From positions 1 through 37,052 of the forward strand of contig JBMHDP010000133.1 in assembly GCA_049889335.1 (NCBI GenBank): a stretch of DNA of 37,052 bases, in the 5' to 3' direction. The notes below the pieces were generated by a model that had not been told where the DNA came from, ran no database searches, and worked only from the letters and a program-made list of their open reading frames with translations. This stretch comes from Planctomycetota bacterium (GTDB lineage Bacteria > Planctomycetota > UBA1135 > UBA2386). A program made the position numbers and the translations under genes. Positions 11,098 through 21,300 of the stretch are shown here, in pieces (the stretch's first letter is position 1; the number at the start of each line of letters is the position of its first letter).

Positions 11098-12186
11098 CTA
11101 GCGCTCGAGCAGCGCGAGCCCGCCTGCCTGCAGGCCGACGACCACCGTCGCGACCAGCGCGTCCTTCTTCAGGTCGATCACGTCCAGGGTGCCGGGGTCA
11201 GCGTTGCGGGACTCACACGTGACGAACGCGAAGCGCCCGTCGCCGGTGACGGCGACGCCGTGGGCCACGGGCCGCGACGTCGCGATCCGCGCGCGCTCTT
11301 CGCCCGCCTCGAGGTCCCAGACGCCCACGGCTTGATCGCCCTTGTAGGTCGCGACCAGCAGCCTCCCGTCGCTCGTCAGGTCGAGGTTGTAGGGAGCCTT
11401 CCCGGTTCGGAAGCGCCGGGTCACGAGCCACTTCTCCGTGTCGACCTCGACGACCTGCGCCTTGCCGTTGAGCGCGGCGTAGACGCGCGGCCGGGTCGGA
11501 TGCGGCGAGACCCAGGTCGGCTTCGCCTCCGACGCGTGGTTCTTGGGCAGGTCGACGTCGAGCTGCATGCTGCGGCGGACGTCGAACGTCGCCGCGTCGA
11601 TCTCGTACAGCTCCCCGGACATCATCGCGCACGAGTAGTGCCGGTCGCCGCCTCGGGTCAACCGCGAGCCGTGCGGCATCGCGCCGGTCACCGTGCGCCC
11701 GACCTCGACCATCGCGTCCGGGTCGACGATCGACACGGTGCTGGGCAGCATGCGACCGTGCAGGTTGAAGTTCACGACGTAGAGCAGCCCCGTCAGCGGG
11801 CTGATCTGCATCGTGGCGGGGAACATGCCCAGCTCACACTCGCCGACCTGCTCGTTGCTGCCGACGCGGTACTTGTAGAGCAGGCCGAAGGGCTTGCCGT
11901 GCGCGATCGAGCAGTACCAGAACTTGCCCTCGGGCCCGATGGTCAAGCCGTGGGGACCCTCGATCTCCGTCGCCTGGTAGCCGACCTCGAAGACGTCGCG
12001 CGTGGTGGCTTGGCACGTGCGGCCGTCGAAGTCCACGATGTAGACCTCGTCGGACGACTCGCACGCGACGTAGGCCGTGTAGACCTCGGCCGTGGGGCTC
12101 CCGAAGTCGTCGAACCCGACCGCGCCCTGGGCGAGCCCGGCCGCTGCCGCGCCGACGAGCGCGGCGGCTCCACGGAGCGGGCTCAC
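11098..12186 (-). CDS. Secreted YncE/YVTN-type beta-propeller protein
   Basis: Blade repeats GPHGLTIGPEGKFWY, FPATMQISP, MPHGSRLTRGGDRHY, APYNLDLTSDGRLLV, AHGVAVTGDGRFAFV. GTG 12186 overlaps the upstream TGA (GTGA) and is followed by an Ala-rich signal peptide. Confidence 0.85.
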   Translation of the reverse strand: MSPLRGAAALVGAAAAGLAQGAVGFDDFGSPTAEVYTAYVACESSDEVYIVDFDGRTCQATTRDVFEVGYQATEIEGPHGLTIGPEGKFWYCSIAHGKPFGLLYKYRVGSNEQVGECELGMFPATMQISPLTGLLYVVNFNLHGRMLPSTVSIVDPDAMVEVGRTVTGAMPHGSRLTRGGDRHYSCAMMSGELYEIDAATFDVRRSMQLDVDLPKNHASEAKPTWVSPHPTRPRVYAALNGKAQVVEVDTEKWLVTRRFRTGKAPYNLDLTSDGRLLVATYKGDQAVGVWDLEAGEERARIATSRPVAHGVAVTGDGRFAFVTCESRNADPGTLDVIDLKKDALVATVVVGLQAGGLALLER

Positions 12187-14177
12187 CGGCGGCGCCCCTT
12201 GTCCTCGACCAGCTCCACGCACCACAGGCCGCTGTTCCAGTCGGAGAAGAAGATCTTGCCCTTGTGCGGCTGCGGCCCCCAGACCATCGGCGCGTTCGGC
12301 ACGACACCCTTGGGGTGGGTCGGCAGGAACCACGCGATCTCCCGGCCCTGGCGGTAGAGGTCGCCCATCAGGTCGCCCGAGATGTCGACGACCCGGAGGC
12401 CGCCGTTGTAGTAGGCGACGTAGAGCGTGTTGCCCTCGACCCACAGGTTGTGGGTGCCGGCCTCGGGCACCTCGTAGCGCGCGACCTCTTGCGGGTCTTC
12501 GAGGTCGGTGAAGTCCACGAAGTGGATCCAGCCGCGCGCGTAGGTCGGGTTGTCCTTGACCGAGAGGCCGTAGGGGAACGCCTCGTCCCCGGCGATGACG
12601 TAGAACTTGCTCGTGTCCTTGCTGCGCCAGGGGAAGGCGGCGTGGTTCCAGCCGCTGGGGTAGGCGTAGTTGCCGATCTTGACGGGGTTGGAGGGCGAGC
12701 CGCCCTTGACGCCGTTGCCGACGTCGACGAGGTGCAGGCCGTAGCGCCAGTTCGACGAGTAGGCGATGCCGTCGACCACCCAGACGTCGTGGATCGAGGC
12801 GCCCGGCTCGAACACCTGGTAGCTGCCGACGCGGGTCGGCGCGCGCGGGTTCTTGATGTCGAGGATGTCGTAGCGCCGACCGGCGCTGAGCGCGTAGGCG
12901 TAGTTCTTGTCGATGAAGAGGTTGTGCACCCCGCCCGTAAGCTCGTCGTTGAACTCGCTGATCCGCTCGGGCTTACGCGGGTCGGTCACGTCGAACGCGA
13001 CGATGCCGTTCTTGCGGTCGCTCGCGCCTTCGCGGCTGATGATGCAGAGGCGGCCGTCCTCGCTGACCTTGACGTCGTTGACGGTGCGGGCGTCGACCGT
13101 GACGGTCGCGATGCGCTCGATCCTCGCCGGGTCGGTGACGTCCCAGAAGATGGCGTCGCCGTTGGCGCCCCAGGTGCCGGTGACGCAGTAGTCCCGGCCG
13201 TCGACGCCCTCCCAGACCCAGAGGTCCGACGTGTGCACGTCGAGCACCGGGCCGTGGCCGACCTTGACCAGCTTCTGCTTCTGCTCGAACCGTTCGTCGC
13301 AGCGCAGCACGAACGTGTCGCTCGCTGCGCCACAGGTCGCCGTGATCTCGTAGAGCCCCGGCTTCTCGGCGACGAAGCGCCCGTCCTCGGTGATCTGTCC
13401 GGTCGCCGCGTTGCCCAGCGTGTCGTCCGGCATGGCGCGCATGGTGAAGGAGACCGGCACCGCTTCGGCGCCGCTCGTCGGGAGGGCCTGACCGTCGGCG
13501 CCGGTGATCGCGGCGCCGAAGGTGACGACGTCGCCGGTGCGCGCCGTGCGCACGCTGCTGGTCACGGTCAGCGCCTTCACCGGGTTGGGCAGGACCCGGA
13601 CCGCGAGCACCGAGGACAGGCCGCCGCCGGAGACCGCGACCGCGGCCTCGCCTGGCTGCCGCGCCCGCACGAAGCCGAACGCGTCGACCGTGACGCAGCT
13701 GGCGTCCGAGGTGCGGTAGGTCAGCGCGAGGTCGTCACGAGCGACGCCGTCCTTGTCGACCACGGCGGCGCGCAGCCGCGCGGTCGTGCCCTCGTAGAGC
13801 GTCCCGGGCGGGCTGTCGAAGCGGATCGAGTCGGGCTCCGGCTGCGGCACGGTGACGACCACGGTGGTCTCCGGGCCCCGCTTCCCGCCGACCATCGCGC
13901 GCACGAGCACCTCGTGCCGTCCCGGCGCGACCGCCGTGAGCTCCCCGTCGCGGCTGCAGCGCAGCGACCGGCGCGCGCGGCTGAGGAACAGCACGCGCCC
14001 GTCGACGGGGCGACCGCCCGGGTCCAGGATCTCGGCCGTGAGCTGCGCTTTCTGACCGATCGGGAGGGTCACGGCAGCCGGCGTCACGCGGACGCTGCCG
14101 TCGGCCGAGGGCTTTTGAGCGACGAGGAACGGCGACAGCAGCAGGAACGCTGCGCAGAGCAAGCGGATCGAGGTCAC
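12183..14177 (-). CDS. Secreted protein with about 3 Ig-like (Big_2-type) domains and a C-terminal LVIVD-repeat beta-propeller
   Basis: Signal peptide. Ig motifs VRVTPAAVTL, YRTSDASCVTVDAFG. LVIVD blades [46 protein letters not shown] upstream of GTG 14177. Confidence 0.88.
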   Translation of the reverse strand: MTSIRLLCAAFLLLSPFLVAQKPSADGSVRVTPAAVTLPIGQKAQLTAEILDPGGRPVDGRVLFLSRARRSLRCSRDGELTAVAPGRHEVLVRAMVGGKRGPETTVVVTVPQPEPDSIRFDSPPGTLYEGTTARLRAAVVDKDGVARDDLALTYRTSDASCVTVDAFGFVRARQPGEAAVAVSGGGLSSVLAVRVLPNPVKALTVTSSVRTARTGDVVTFGAAITGADGQALPTSGAEAVPVSFTMRAMPDDTLGNAATGQITEDGRFVAEKPGLYEITATCGAASDTFVLRCDERFEQKQKLVKVGHGPVLDVHTSDLWVWEGVDGRDYCVTGTWGANGDAIFWDVTDPARIERIATVTVDARTVNDVKVSEDGRLCIISREGASDRKNGIVAFDVTDPRKPERISEFNDELTGGVHNLFIDKNYAYALSAGRRYDILDIKNPRAPTRVGSYQVFEPGASIHDVWVVDGIAYSSNWRYGLHLVDVGNGVKGGSPSNPVKIGNYAYPSGWNHAAFPWRSKDTSKFYVIAGDEAFPYGLSVKDNPTYARGWIHFVDFTDLEDPQEVARYEVPEAGTHNLWVEGNTLYVAYYNGGLRVVDISGDLMGDLYRQGREIAWFLPTHPKGVVPNAPMVWGPQPHKGKIFFSDWNSGLWCVELVEDKGRRR

Positions 14178-14351
14178 GATGGGTCTCCGGAAACGGGTCG
14201 TCGGACAGCTTACGGCTTGAGCGATCGGTGTCCGCCAGACGATTTGTTCTGCGGCATGTCATACGAATGTGCCTGCCAACTTGCCGTCGGATCGGCCTCG
14301 CGCCCGTTCTAGACTGCTGGCTGGCAAGCTCCCTCGCCCCCTCCACACACC

Positions 14352-17300
14352 ATGCTCCGACGAATGACGCTCGTCGCCGGCCTCGCGGCCGTCGCTTCCC
14401 CGCTCCTCGCACAGCAGCTCCCTGAGGCCTGGGCCGAAGATCTGCACTGGCGCAGCATCGGCCCTTCGACGATGGGCGGCCGGATCATCTCGTTGGCCGT
14501 CTACGAGGCCGAGCCGAGCACGTGGTGGGCCGCCACCGCGTCCGGGGGCCTGCTGAAGACCACGAACAACGGCACGACCTTCGAGCACCAGTTCGACCAG
14601 GAGTCGGTGGTCTCGATCGGACACGTCGCGGTCTCCCAGTCCAACAAGGACGTCGTCTGGGTCGGCACCGGCGAAGCCAACCCGCGCAACTCCGTCAGCT
14701 ACGGCAACGGCGTCTACAAGTCCACGGACGGCGGCAAGACGTGGACCCACATGGGGCTGGCCAAGACCTTCCAGACGGGCCGCATCGCCATCCACCCGAC
14801 CAACCCCGACGTCGTCTACGTGGGCGCGCTCGGCCGGCTCTACGGGCCCAACGAGGACCGCGGCCTCTACAAGACCACCGACGGCGGCGAGACCTGGTCC
14901 AAGGTCCTGTACGTCGACGACCAGACCGGCGTGATCGACGTCGATATGCACCCGACGGAGCCCGACACCTTGATGGTCGCGACCTACGAGCGCGCGCGCG
15001 ACGGGTTCGACACCAACGACCCCGCCAAGCGCTGGGGGCCGGGCGGCGGCGTCTGGAAGACAACGGACGGCGGCGCCAACTGGATGCGGATCAAGACGGG
15101 GCTGCCGAGCTGTCAGATCGGTCGCGTCGGGATCGACTACTACCGCAAGGACCCGAACGTGCTGATGGCGATCGTCGAGAGCGAGATGATCAGCAAGCAG
15201 CCCGAGGACGCGCCCTACCACGGCGCGCAGCTCGCCGACGCCGACGCCGGCGTCAAGGTCAGCTCGGTGGAGGCGGCGCGCCGCGGCGGCCGCGGCCGGG
15301 GCCGGGCCGCGCAGCAGGAAGCTGGCGAGGCGCCCGCCAAGCCCGCGCCGACGCCGGCGGCGAAGGCAGGACTGAAGACGGGCGACGTCATCCTCGCGGT
15401 CGCGGGGCAGCGCGTGAACTCGCGGGAGCAGCTGGAGCGAGCCTGCCGCCAGCACAAGGCGGGGGACGAGGTCGCGCTCTCGATCGTCCGGGACCGTGAG
15501 GACATGGAGGTCATGCTGACGTTCGGCGCCTACCCCGACGGCGCGCGCTCCCCGTTCATCGGGACGCTCGGCGGACAGTCCGGCGGGTCCCCAGACCTCC
15601 AGGGCGACGCCGGCCACGAGTATGGCGGCGTCTACAAGTCCACGGACGGCGGCGACACCTGGACGCGGATCAACACGCTCAATCCGCGGCCGATGTACTA
15701 CAGCCAGATCCGCATCGACCCGAGCAACAGCGACAACGTGATGGTGTTGGGGACGTCGCTCTACCGCTCGACGGACGGCGGCAAGTCGTTCGACCGGGGT
15801 GCGGGCAACGGCATGCACGTCGATCACCACGCGGAGTGGATCGACCCGAACAACGGCGACCACATCATCCACGGGTGCGACGGCGGGGTGTACGTCACCT
15901 ACGACGCCGGGCGCAACTGGGACCACCTCAACCACGTCGCGATCGGCCAGTTCTACCACGTCGGCGTCAGCAGCGACCGCAACTACCGCGTCTACGGCGG
16001 ACTCCAGGACAACGGCTCCTGGGGCGGCCCCAGCCGCACGTCCGGCACCGGCGCGAGGAACCATGACTGGGTCCGGGTCGGCGGCGGGGACGGCTTCCGC
16101 TGCCTGGTCGACCCCGACAACCGGGACGTCGTCTACAGCCAGAGCCAGAACGGTCCGCCGAGCTGGCGCAACCTCTCGACGAGCGAGCGCGGCAGCCTGC
16201 GCGGCGGCGGCGGGCGCGGCGAGCGCGTCCGCTACAACTGGGAGACGCCTTACGTGCTGTCGGGCCACAACAGCAAGATCGTCTACACGGCCGGCAACAA
16301 GGTGTTCAAGTCGCTGAACCGCGGCCGGAACATGGAGGCGATCTCTCCCGACATCACCAACACGGACCGAGGTGCAGCGACCGCGCTGGCGGAGTCGCCT
16401 CGCGACGACGACATCGTCTACGTGGGCACCGACGACGGCGCGCTGTGGGCGACCCACGACGGCGGCGCGACCTGGTTCGACTGCTTCGAAGAGGACTCCG
16501 CGGAGGAGTCCCAGGAAGGCGACCCGCCGATCGGCGAGCCGCAGGCGGGCGGGCCGAGCGTGACCGCGCTTGCGACGGCGCGCCCGATCCACGAGCTCGT
16601 GCCGGGCCCCCGCTGGGTCAGTGAGCTGGTCGCCTCGGCTCACGACAGCAAGCGCGCCTACGTGACGCTCGACGGGCACCGCAGCGACGACGACGCCCCC
16701 TACGCGATGATCACCGAGGACGGCGGCAAGACGTGGCGCTCGCTCACGGAGAGCCTGCCCGCGGGCGCCGGTTCGACCCGGACGATCGCCGAGGACCCGG
16801 TCAACGAGGACCTGCTGTTCCTCGGCACCGAGTTCCAGGCCTTCGTGTCGCTCGACCGAGGCGCTCATTGGACCCGCTTCAACGGCGACCTGCCCACGGT
16901 CTCGGTCCACGCGTTCGCGGTCAACGTGCCGTCGGGCGAGATCGTCGCCGGCACCCACGGGCGGAGCCTGTGGATCACCTCGGTCAACGAGCTCCGGCAG
17001 ATGACCGCCGACGTGCTCGACAAGGCGGTGCACTTCTACGAGCCCGTGAGCGCCGTGATCTGGCGCGGGGACCTCGGCACGGGCGACACCAACCGTCGCT
17101 TCGTCGCGGAGAACCCGAAGGACGGCGCGCACTTCGTCTACCACCTCAAGGAGGACGCCCGCGACGTCTCGCTGGAGCTGCTCGACAGCACCGGCAAGTC
17201 GGTCCGGAAGATGGACGCGCCGAAGGAGCAAGGGCTCCACCGCGTGACCTGGAACCTGCGCGGGCCGGTCAACCTCCCGGCAGGCGCGAGCGAGCGCCAG

Positions 17301-17516
17301 CGCCAGTGGATGATGCGCCGCGGCGGACCGCGGGTCGGCCCTGGCAGCTACACGGCGCGGCTGACGGTGGACGGCGAGGAGATGCTCCAGCGGGTCAAGG
17401 TCGAGATCGACCCGGACCACCCGGACCCGAGCTGGATCGCGAACCAGGAAGCGGCCGAGTGGCTCGAATTCCTCGAGGAGGTGGAGCGGGACGAGGCCGA
17501 GCGGTCGGGGCGCTGA
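14352..17516 (+). CDS. Secreted BNR/Asp-box (VPS10/sortilin, GH74-like) beta-propeller protein with an inserted PDZ domain and a FlgD-like Ig C-terminal domain
   Basis: WRSIGP..MGGRI, VWVGTGEAN, repeated (S/T)xDGGxTW Asp-boxes, GGLQDNG, RYNWETP, GTHGRS. PDZ-like TPAAKAGLKTGDVILAVAGQRV. GLHRVTWNL...PGSYTARLTV at the C-terminus. Confidence 0.9.
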   Translation: MLRRMTLVAGLAAVASPLLAQQLPEAWAEDLHWRSIGPSTMGGRIISLAVYEAEPSTWWAATASGGLLKTTNNGTTFEHQFDQESVVSIGHVAVSQSNKDVVWVGTGEANPRNSVSYGNGVYKSTDGGKTWTHMGLAKTFQTGRIAIHPTNPDVVYVGALGRLYGPNEDRGLYKTTDGGETWSKVLYVDDQTGVIDVDMHPTEPDTLMVATYERARDGFDTNDPAKRWGPGGGVWKTTDGGANWMRIKTGLPSCQIGRVGIDYYRKDPNVLMAIVESEMISKQPEDAPYHGAQLADADAGVKVSSVEAARRGGRGRGRAAQQEAGEAPAKPAPTPAAKAGLKTGDVILAVAGQRVNSREQLERACRQHKAGDEVALSIVRDREDMEVMLTFGAYPDGARSPFIGTLGGQSGGSPDLQGDAGHEYGGVYKSTDGGDTWTRINTLNPRPMYYSQIRIDPSNSDNVMVLGTSLYRSTDGGKSFDRGAGNGMHVDHHAEWIDPNNGDHIIHGCDGGVYVTYDAGRNWDHLNHVAIGQFYHVGVSSDRNYRVYGGLQDNGSWGGPSRTSGTGARNHDWVRVGGGDGFRCLVDPDNRDVVYSQSQNGPPSWRNLSTSERGSLRGGGGRGERVRYNWETPYVLSGHNSKIVYTAGNKVFKSLNRGRNMEAISPDITNTDRGAATALAESPRDDDIVYVGTDDGALWATHDGGATWFDCFEEDSAEESQEGDPPIGEPQAGGPSVTALATARPIHELVPGPRWVSELVASAHDSKRAYVTLDGHRSDDDAPYAMITEDGGKTWRSLTESLPAGAGSTRTIAEDPVNEDLLFLGTEFQAFVSLDRGAHWTRFNGDLPTVSVHAFAVNVPSGEIVAGTHGRSLWITSVNELRQMTADVLDKAVHFYEPVSAVIWRGDLGTGDTNRRFVAENPKDGAHFVYHLKEDARDVSLELLDSTGKSVRKMDAPKEQGLHRVTWNLRGPVNLPAGASERQRQWMMRRGGPRVGPGSYTARLTVDGEEMLQRVKVEIDPDHPDPSWIANQEAAEWLEFLEEVERDEAERSGR

Positions 17517-17534
17517 CGGCGTCCCGCGCGGAGC

Positions 17535-18281
17535 TCACCGCGCTCCGGGCTCCGGAGCGCTGGGGGGCGACGCCGAGGAAGCGGGGCCGTCTGGGCCAGC
17601 GCTGCGGCCAGGGCCTTGCTGCGCCAATTGCAGGGCCACGAGCCTGCCGACCAGGACCGCCACGTAGAACTGACCGAGCATCGCCTCGGCGTTGGCCAGC
17701 GCGTCGGCGCGCGGAGACTGCGGCGAGATGTTGCCGTAGCCCAGGGTCGTCAGGGTCGTGAAGCTGAAGCCGAGGAACGTCCAGACCCGCGTCCGCGCGT
17801 CGTCGACGACCCGGCCGCCGAGGTCGAAGGACCCCGGCGCCCCGGCCTCCAGGATCGAGAAGGCCGCGGCCCAGGCGATCCCGATGAGCAGGTAGGCGTT
17901 GACGGCGCCGAGGATCGCGTCGCTCGTGACGCGGGTCTGCGGCCGGAAGATGTGGACCAGGAGGAGCACCGCCGACAAGCCCGCGAAGGCGGCCAGGGAC
18001 GCTTCGAACAGCAGCGTCGCGCCGCGGGAGGCGCCGCCGCCCACGGCCCAGAGGCGCGACGTGACCACCAGTCCTGCGAGGCTGAGCGCGAGCCAGCGGC
18101 TGGCCAGGCCGCGCGCCGACGTCAGCACCGCCGTGAGCAGCGTCAGCAGCAAGAAGGTGTCGATCAGGCCGAAGCTGCCCCCGTCCTGCGCCACGAAGGG
18201 GCGCGCGACGATCAGGAGCAGGAGCGCCGCCAGCAGGTAGCCGTGCCGGTAGTTGTCGGACAGCAGACGGATCGACAGCAT
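17535..18281 (-). CDS. Potassium channel family protein (Ion_trans_2 pore with extra N-terminal TM helices)
   Basis: Selectivity filter FSFTTLTTLGYGNISP, inner helix EAMLGQFYVAVLVGRLV, ILGAVNAYLLIG. Confidence 0.92.
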   Translation of the reverse strand: MLSIRLLSDNYRHGYLLAALLLLIVARPFVAQDGGSFGLIDTFLLLTLLTAVLTSARGLASRWLALSLAGLVVTSRLWAVGGGASRGATLLFEASLAAFAGLSAVLLLVHIFRPQTRVTSDAILGAVNAYLLIGIAWAAAFSILEAGAPGSFDLGGRVVDDARTRVWTFLGFSFTTLTTLGYGNISPQSPRADALANAEAMLGQFYVAVLVGRLVALQLAQQGPGRSAGPDGPASSASPPSAPEPGAR

Positions 18282-18393
18282 CGACGCATGCTAGCGGCGT
18301 AGGACCGCCCGCCCCAGCGTGCGGACACAGCCTGCGGGTCCAGCGTGCGGAGCCGGCGCGCTGGGGCGCCGCCGGACCCCGCGCTGTAGCAGG

Positions 18394-21300
18394 TCAGCGT
18401 CCGCCGCGCTCTGCGGCCTGGCGGGCGGTCCGCCGCTTGGTCGCCGCGGGCACGATCTTCACCTTCCCCTTGGCCTGGGCCGCCGCGACGTCTTCCTGGA
18501 GCGCCTCCACGGCGCGAACGAGCTGGGCGTCCGGCCCCATAGGGTCGTTCCACAGCGAGATGTCCGGCGTGCACCCGTTGAGCTCCATGTCCTCTCCGGT
18601 GCTGGCGAGGTACCAGCCGCGCATCGGCATCCGCACCGAGCTGCCGTCGAGGAGGCTCACCGAGCCTGTCGAGATGACCCCGCCCGCCGTGCGCATCCCC
18701 ACGAGCCTGCCGCGTCCGACCTGCTGCACCGCGTGGCTCAGGATCTCGGCGTTGCTGAACGAGTGCTCGTTGCACATCAGCACGATCGGCTTGGTCCACG
18801 ATGCGTAGATCTTGCGGTCCTGGGGGTAGCCCTCGCCGCTGCCCCGACTCTTGGTGATCGCGTGCACGGGCTGCGTCAACGCGGTCATCACGTGGTCCGT
18901 GGTGCTGCCGCCGCCGTTGAAGCGCACGTCGATGATCAAGCCCTGCTTGCCGGCGCCGGCGTGGTAGAGGTCCTCCTCCATCTGCCGGAAGCTGCGCATG
19001 TTCATGCCCTGGATGTGCAGGTAGCCGAGCTTGCCGTCGGACAGCGCGTCGACGCGCGCGCGGTTCGCCTCGACGAACTCGTCGTAGAGGAGGCCGCTGA
19101 CCGAGCGCGTCGGCCGCGCCGCGAAGGTGCGCTCGGACGAGTCTGCGCCGAGCACGGTCAGGTCGACGTCGCGCTCCTGGTCCATGGTCAGCAGCGCGTC
19201 GAGGTCCGTGGTGGGGGTGATCTCGACGCCGTCGATCGCCAGCAGGGTCTCCCCGGCGCGGACCTTGCTCCGCCCCTGATCGCAGGGGCTGCCCGGGATG
19301 ACGCTCTCCACCCGCACGCCCTCGGTCGGGCGGTCCTGCGCGAAGCGCAGGCCGAGGTGATAGGTGGTCGGCGACCACGCGCTCCGGCTCGCTGCGCTCG
19401 GCAGCGCGTCGCTGCCGCCGCGGTGGCCCATGTGCGACGCGTTGAGCTCGCCGAGCATCATGTTCATCAGGTCGGTGAACTCGCGCTGCCCCAGGCACTG
19501 CGCGGCGACCGGGCGGTACTTGCGCCGCACGGCGTCCCAGTCTCGGTTGTTCATGTCGGGGTCGTAGAAGCGGTCCCGCATGGCGCGCCAACCTTGGTCG
19601 AACGCGATCTGCCGCACCGCCGACCAGTCACGGATCCGTCGGACCGAGAAGGCGAAGGTCGAGAGGCTGCTGCCGTTCTTCAGCGCCGCCGGCTTGCCGC
19701 TGCTGAGGCCGACGACCTCGTTCCCGGCCGCTTGCCACGTCGCGCGGGACAGCCCCCGCGCGGCGAGCTTCTTCGGCGCGCCGGGGTTCGGGAAGGTCAC
19801 GCCGTAGAAGCCCGACTGGGACGATACCGTCGCGGAGAACGCCAGCGTCTTGCCGTCGGGGGACCAGATCAGCCCGCCCTCCCGGCTGTCGCGGATCGAG
19901 ATGCGGTGCAGGCGGTCGTGGATGCCGTCGAGGTCCACGACGACGCGCGCGCCCGCGTCTTCGGACTCCTCGCCTGCTTGCTTCTTGTTCTTCTTGGCGT
20001 CCCCCGACTTCATCGCGGCGAGCGCCTTCTCCAGGGTCCGGTCCCGGTTCGTCTGCTCTTCGGTGTCGGCCGTCAGGTTGACGTAGTAGACGTCGGACTC
20101 CTCGCCGTCGCGTCGGCTGGTGAAGGCTAGGCGCTTGCCGTCCCCCGACCACGCCGGGTTGCCGTCGTAGTCCGGGTGGCGCGACAGGTTGTAGGCCGGC
20201 TGGGTGCCGTCGAGGCTGACGATCCAGACGTCGGAGTTGTAGTCCGAGTCCTGGGTCGCGTAGGTCAGCCAGCGCCCGTCGGGCGACCAGTCGAACTGGG
20301 GCATCGACCACGCGTCCACGACCTTGCGGTGGTCGGTGCCGTCGCCGTCCATGACGAAGATGTCGCTCTGCTTGGTGTATGCGACGTGGTCGCCTGCGGG
20401 GCTCCTGCGCAGGTTGCCTTCGACCGCGCGGTCGTCGGTGACCTGCCGCAGCGTGAACTCGTCGCAGAGCCACCAGATCCCGTCCTCACGATCGTGGGTC
20501 GCCTCCCAGATGTCGAACTCGCCGCCGACGTCGCTGACGTAGAACAGCCGCGCGCCGTCTTCGCTGAACGCGAGGCTGGTCTCGTTGTGCGGCGTGTTGG
20601 TGACGCGACGCGGCTCCTTCAGGATGCGGTCCATCACCCAGACGTCCTCGCCGGCGACGAACGCGACCTGCTTGCCGTCCGCGGTGAAGGCGACGTTCTC
20701 CGCCGACGTCTCGACGCGACGCTCGATCGCGACGGCGTGGTCGTCGCCCGAGGCGCGGAGCGCGATCGCCTGCGTCGCTCCCGTCTTCGTGTCGACCTTC
20801 ATGAGGTCGAAGCGGCGCCGGACCAGCATCGTGCCGCCGTCCTTGCTGAGGCTCGGAAACGCGACGCCGTCGTCGCTGCGGTCCGATGCGCCGACCCGCG
20901 TGACGCGGCGCACCGCCTCGCTGCCGAGGCGTCGCTGGTAGACGTCGAAGGTCCCGTCCGGGTCGCTGACGTAGTAGTAGGTCTTGCTGTCCGGCGCCCA
21001 GACCGGGTTCTGGCACGCGATGTTCTGGAAGCCAGGCTGGTCCTCGTCGAGGCGCCGGAGCGTCGCGGGCGTCTGCCGCAGGTCGGCGTACCACAGCTGC
21101 GCGGACTGGGTGCCGCGGTGGCCCTTGCGGGACCACATCGGCCGCCCCCGAACGAACAGCAGGTGCTCGCCGTCCGGCGACAGGGCTGCCTGCGCGAGCC
21201 CGACGTCGAGCAGCATGCGCTTGGGCTGGGCGCCGGTCAGGTCGACCGCGAACAGCCGGGCGGACTCGGAGTAGTGGAAGCCGCGGTCCGTGCGCATCGT

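Noticed and set aside
14259-17420. Long antisense ORFs (also 7543-9639, 12264-14312, 20176-22569, 23625-26246, 29151-31649, 35145-36674)
   Set aside because: They mirror real genes, are rich in R/V/A/G/H and lack motifs; this is typical of high-GC codon bias.
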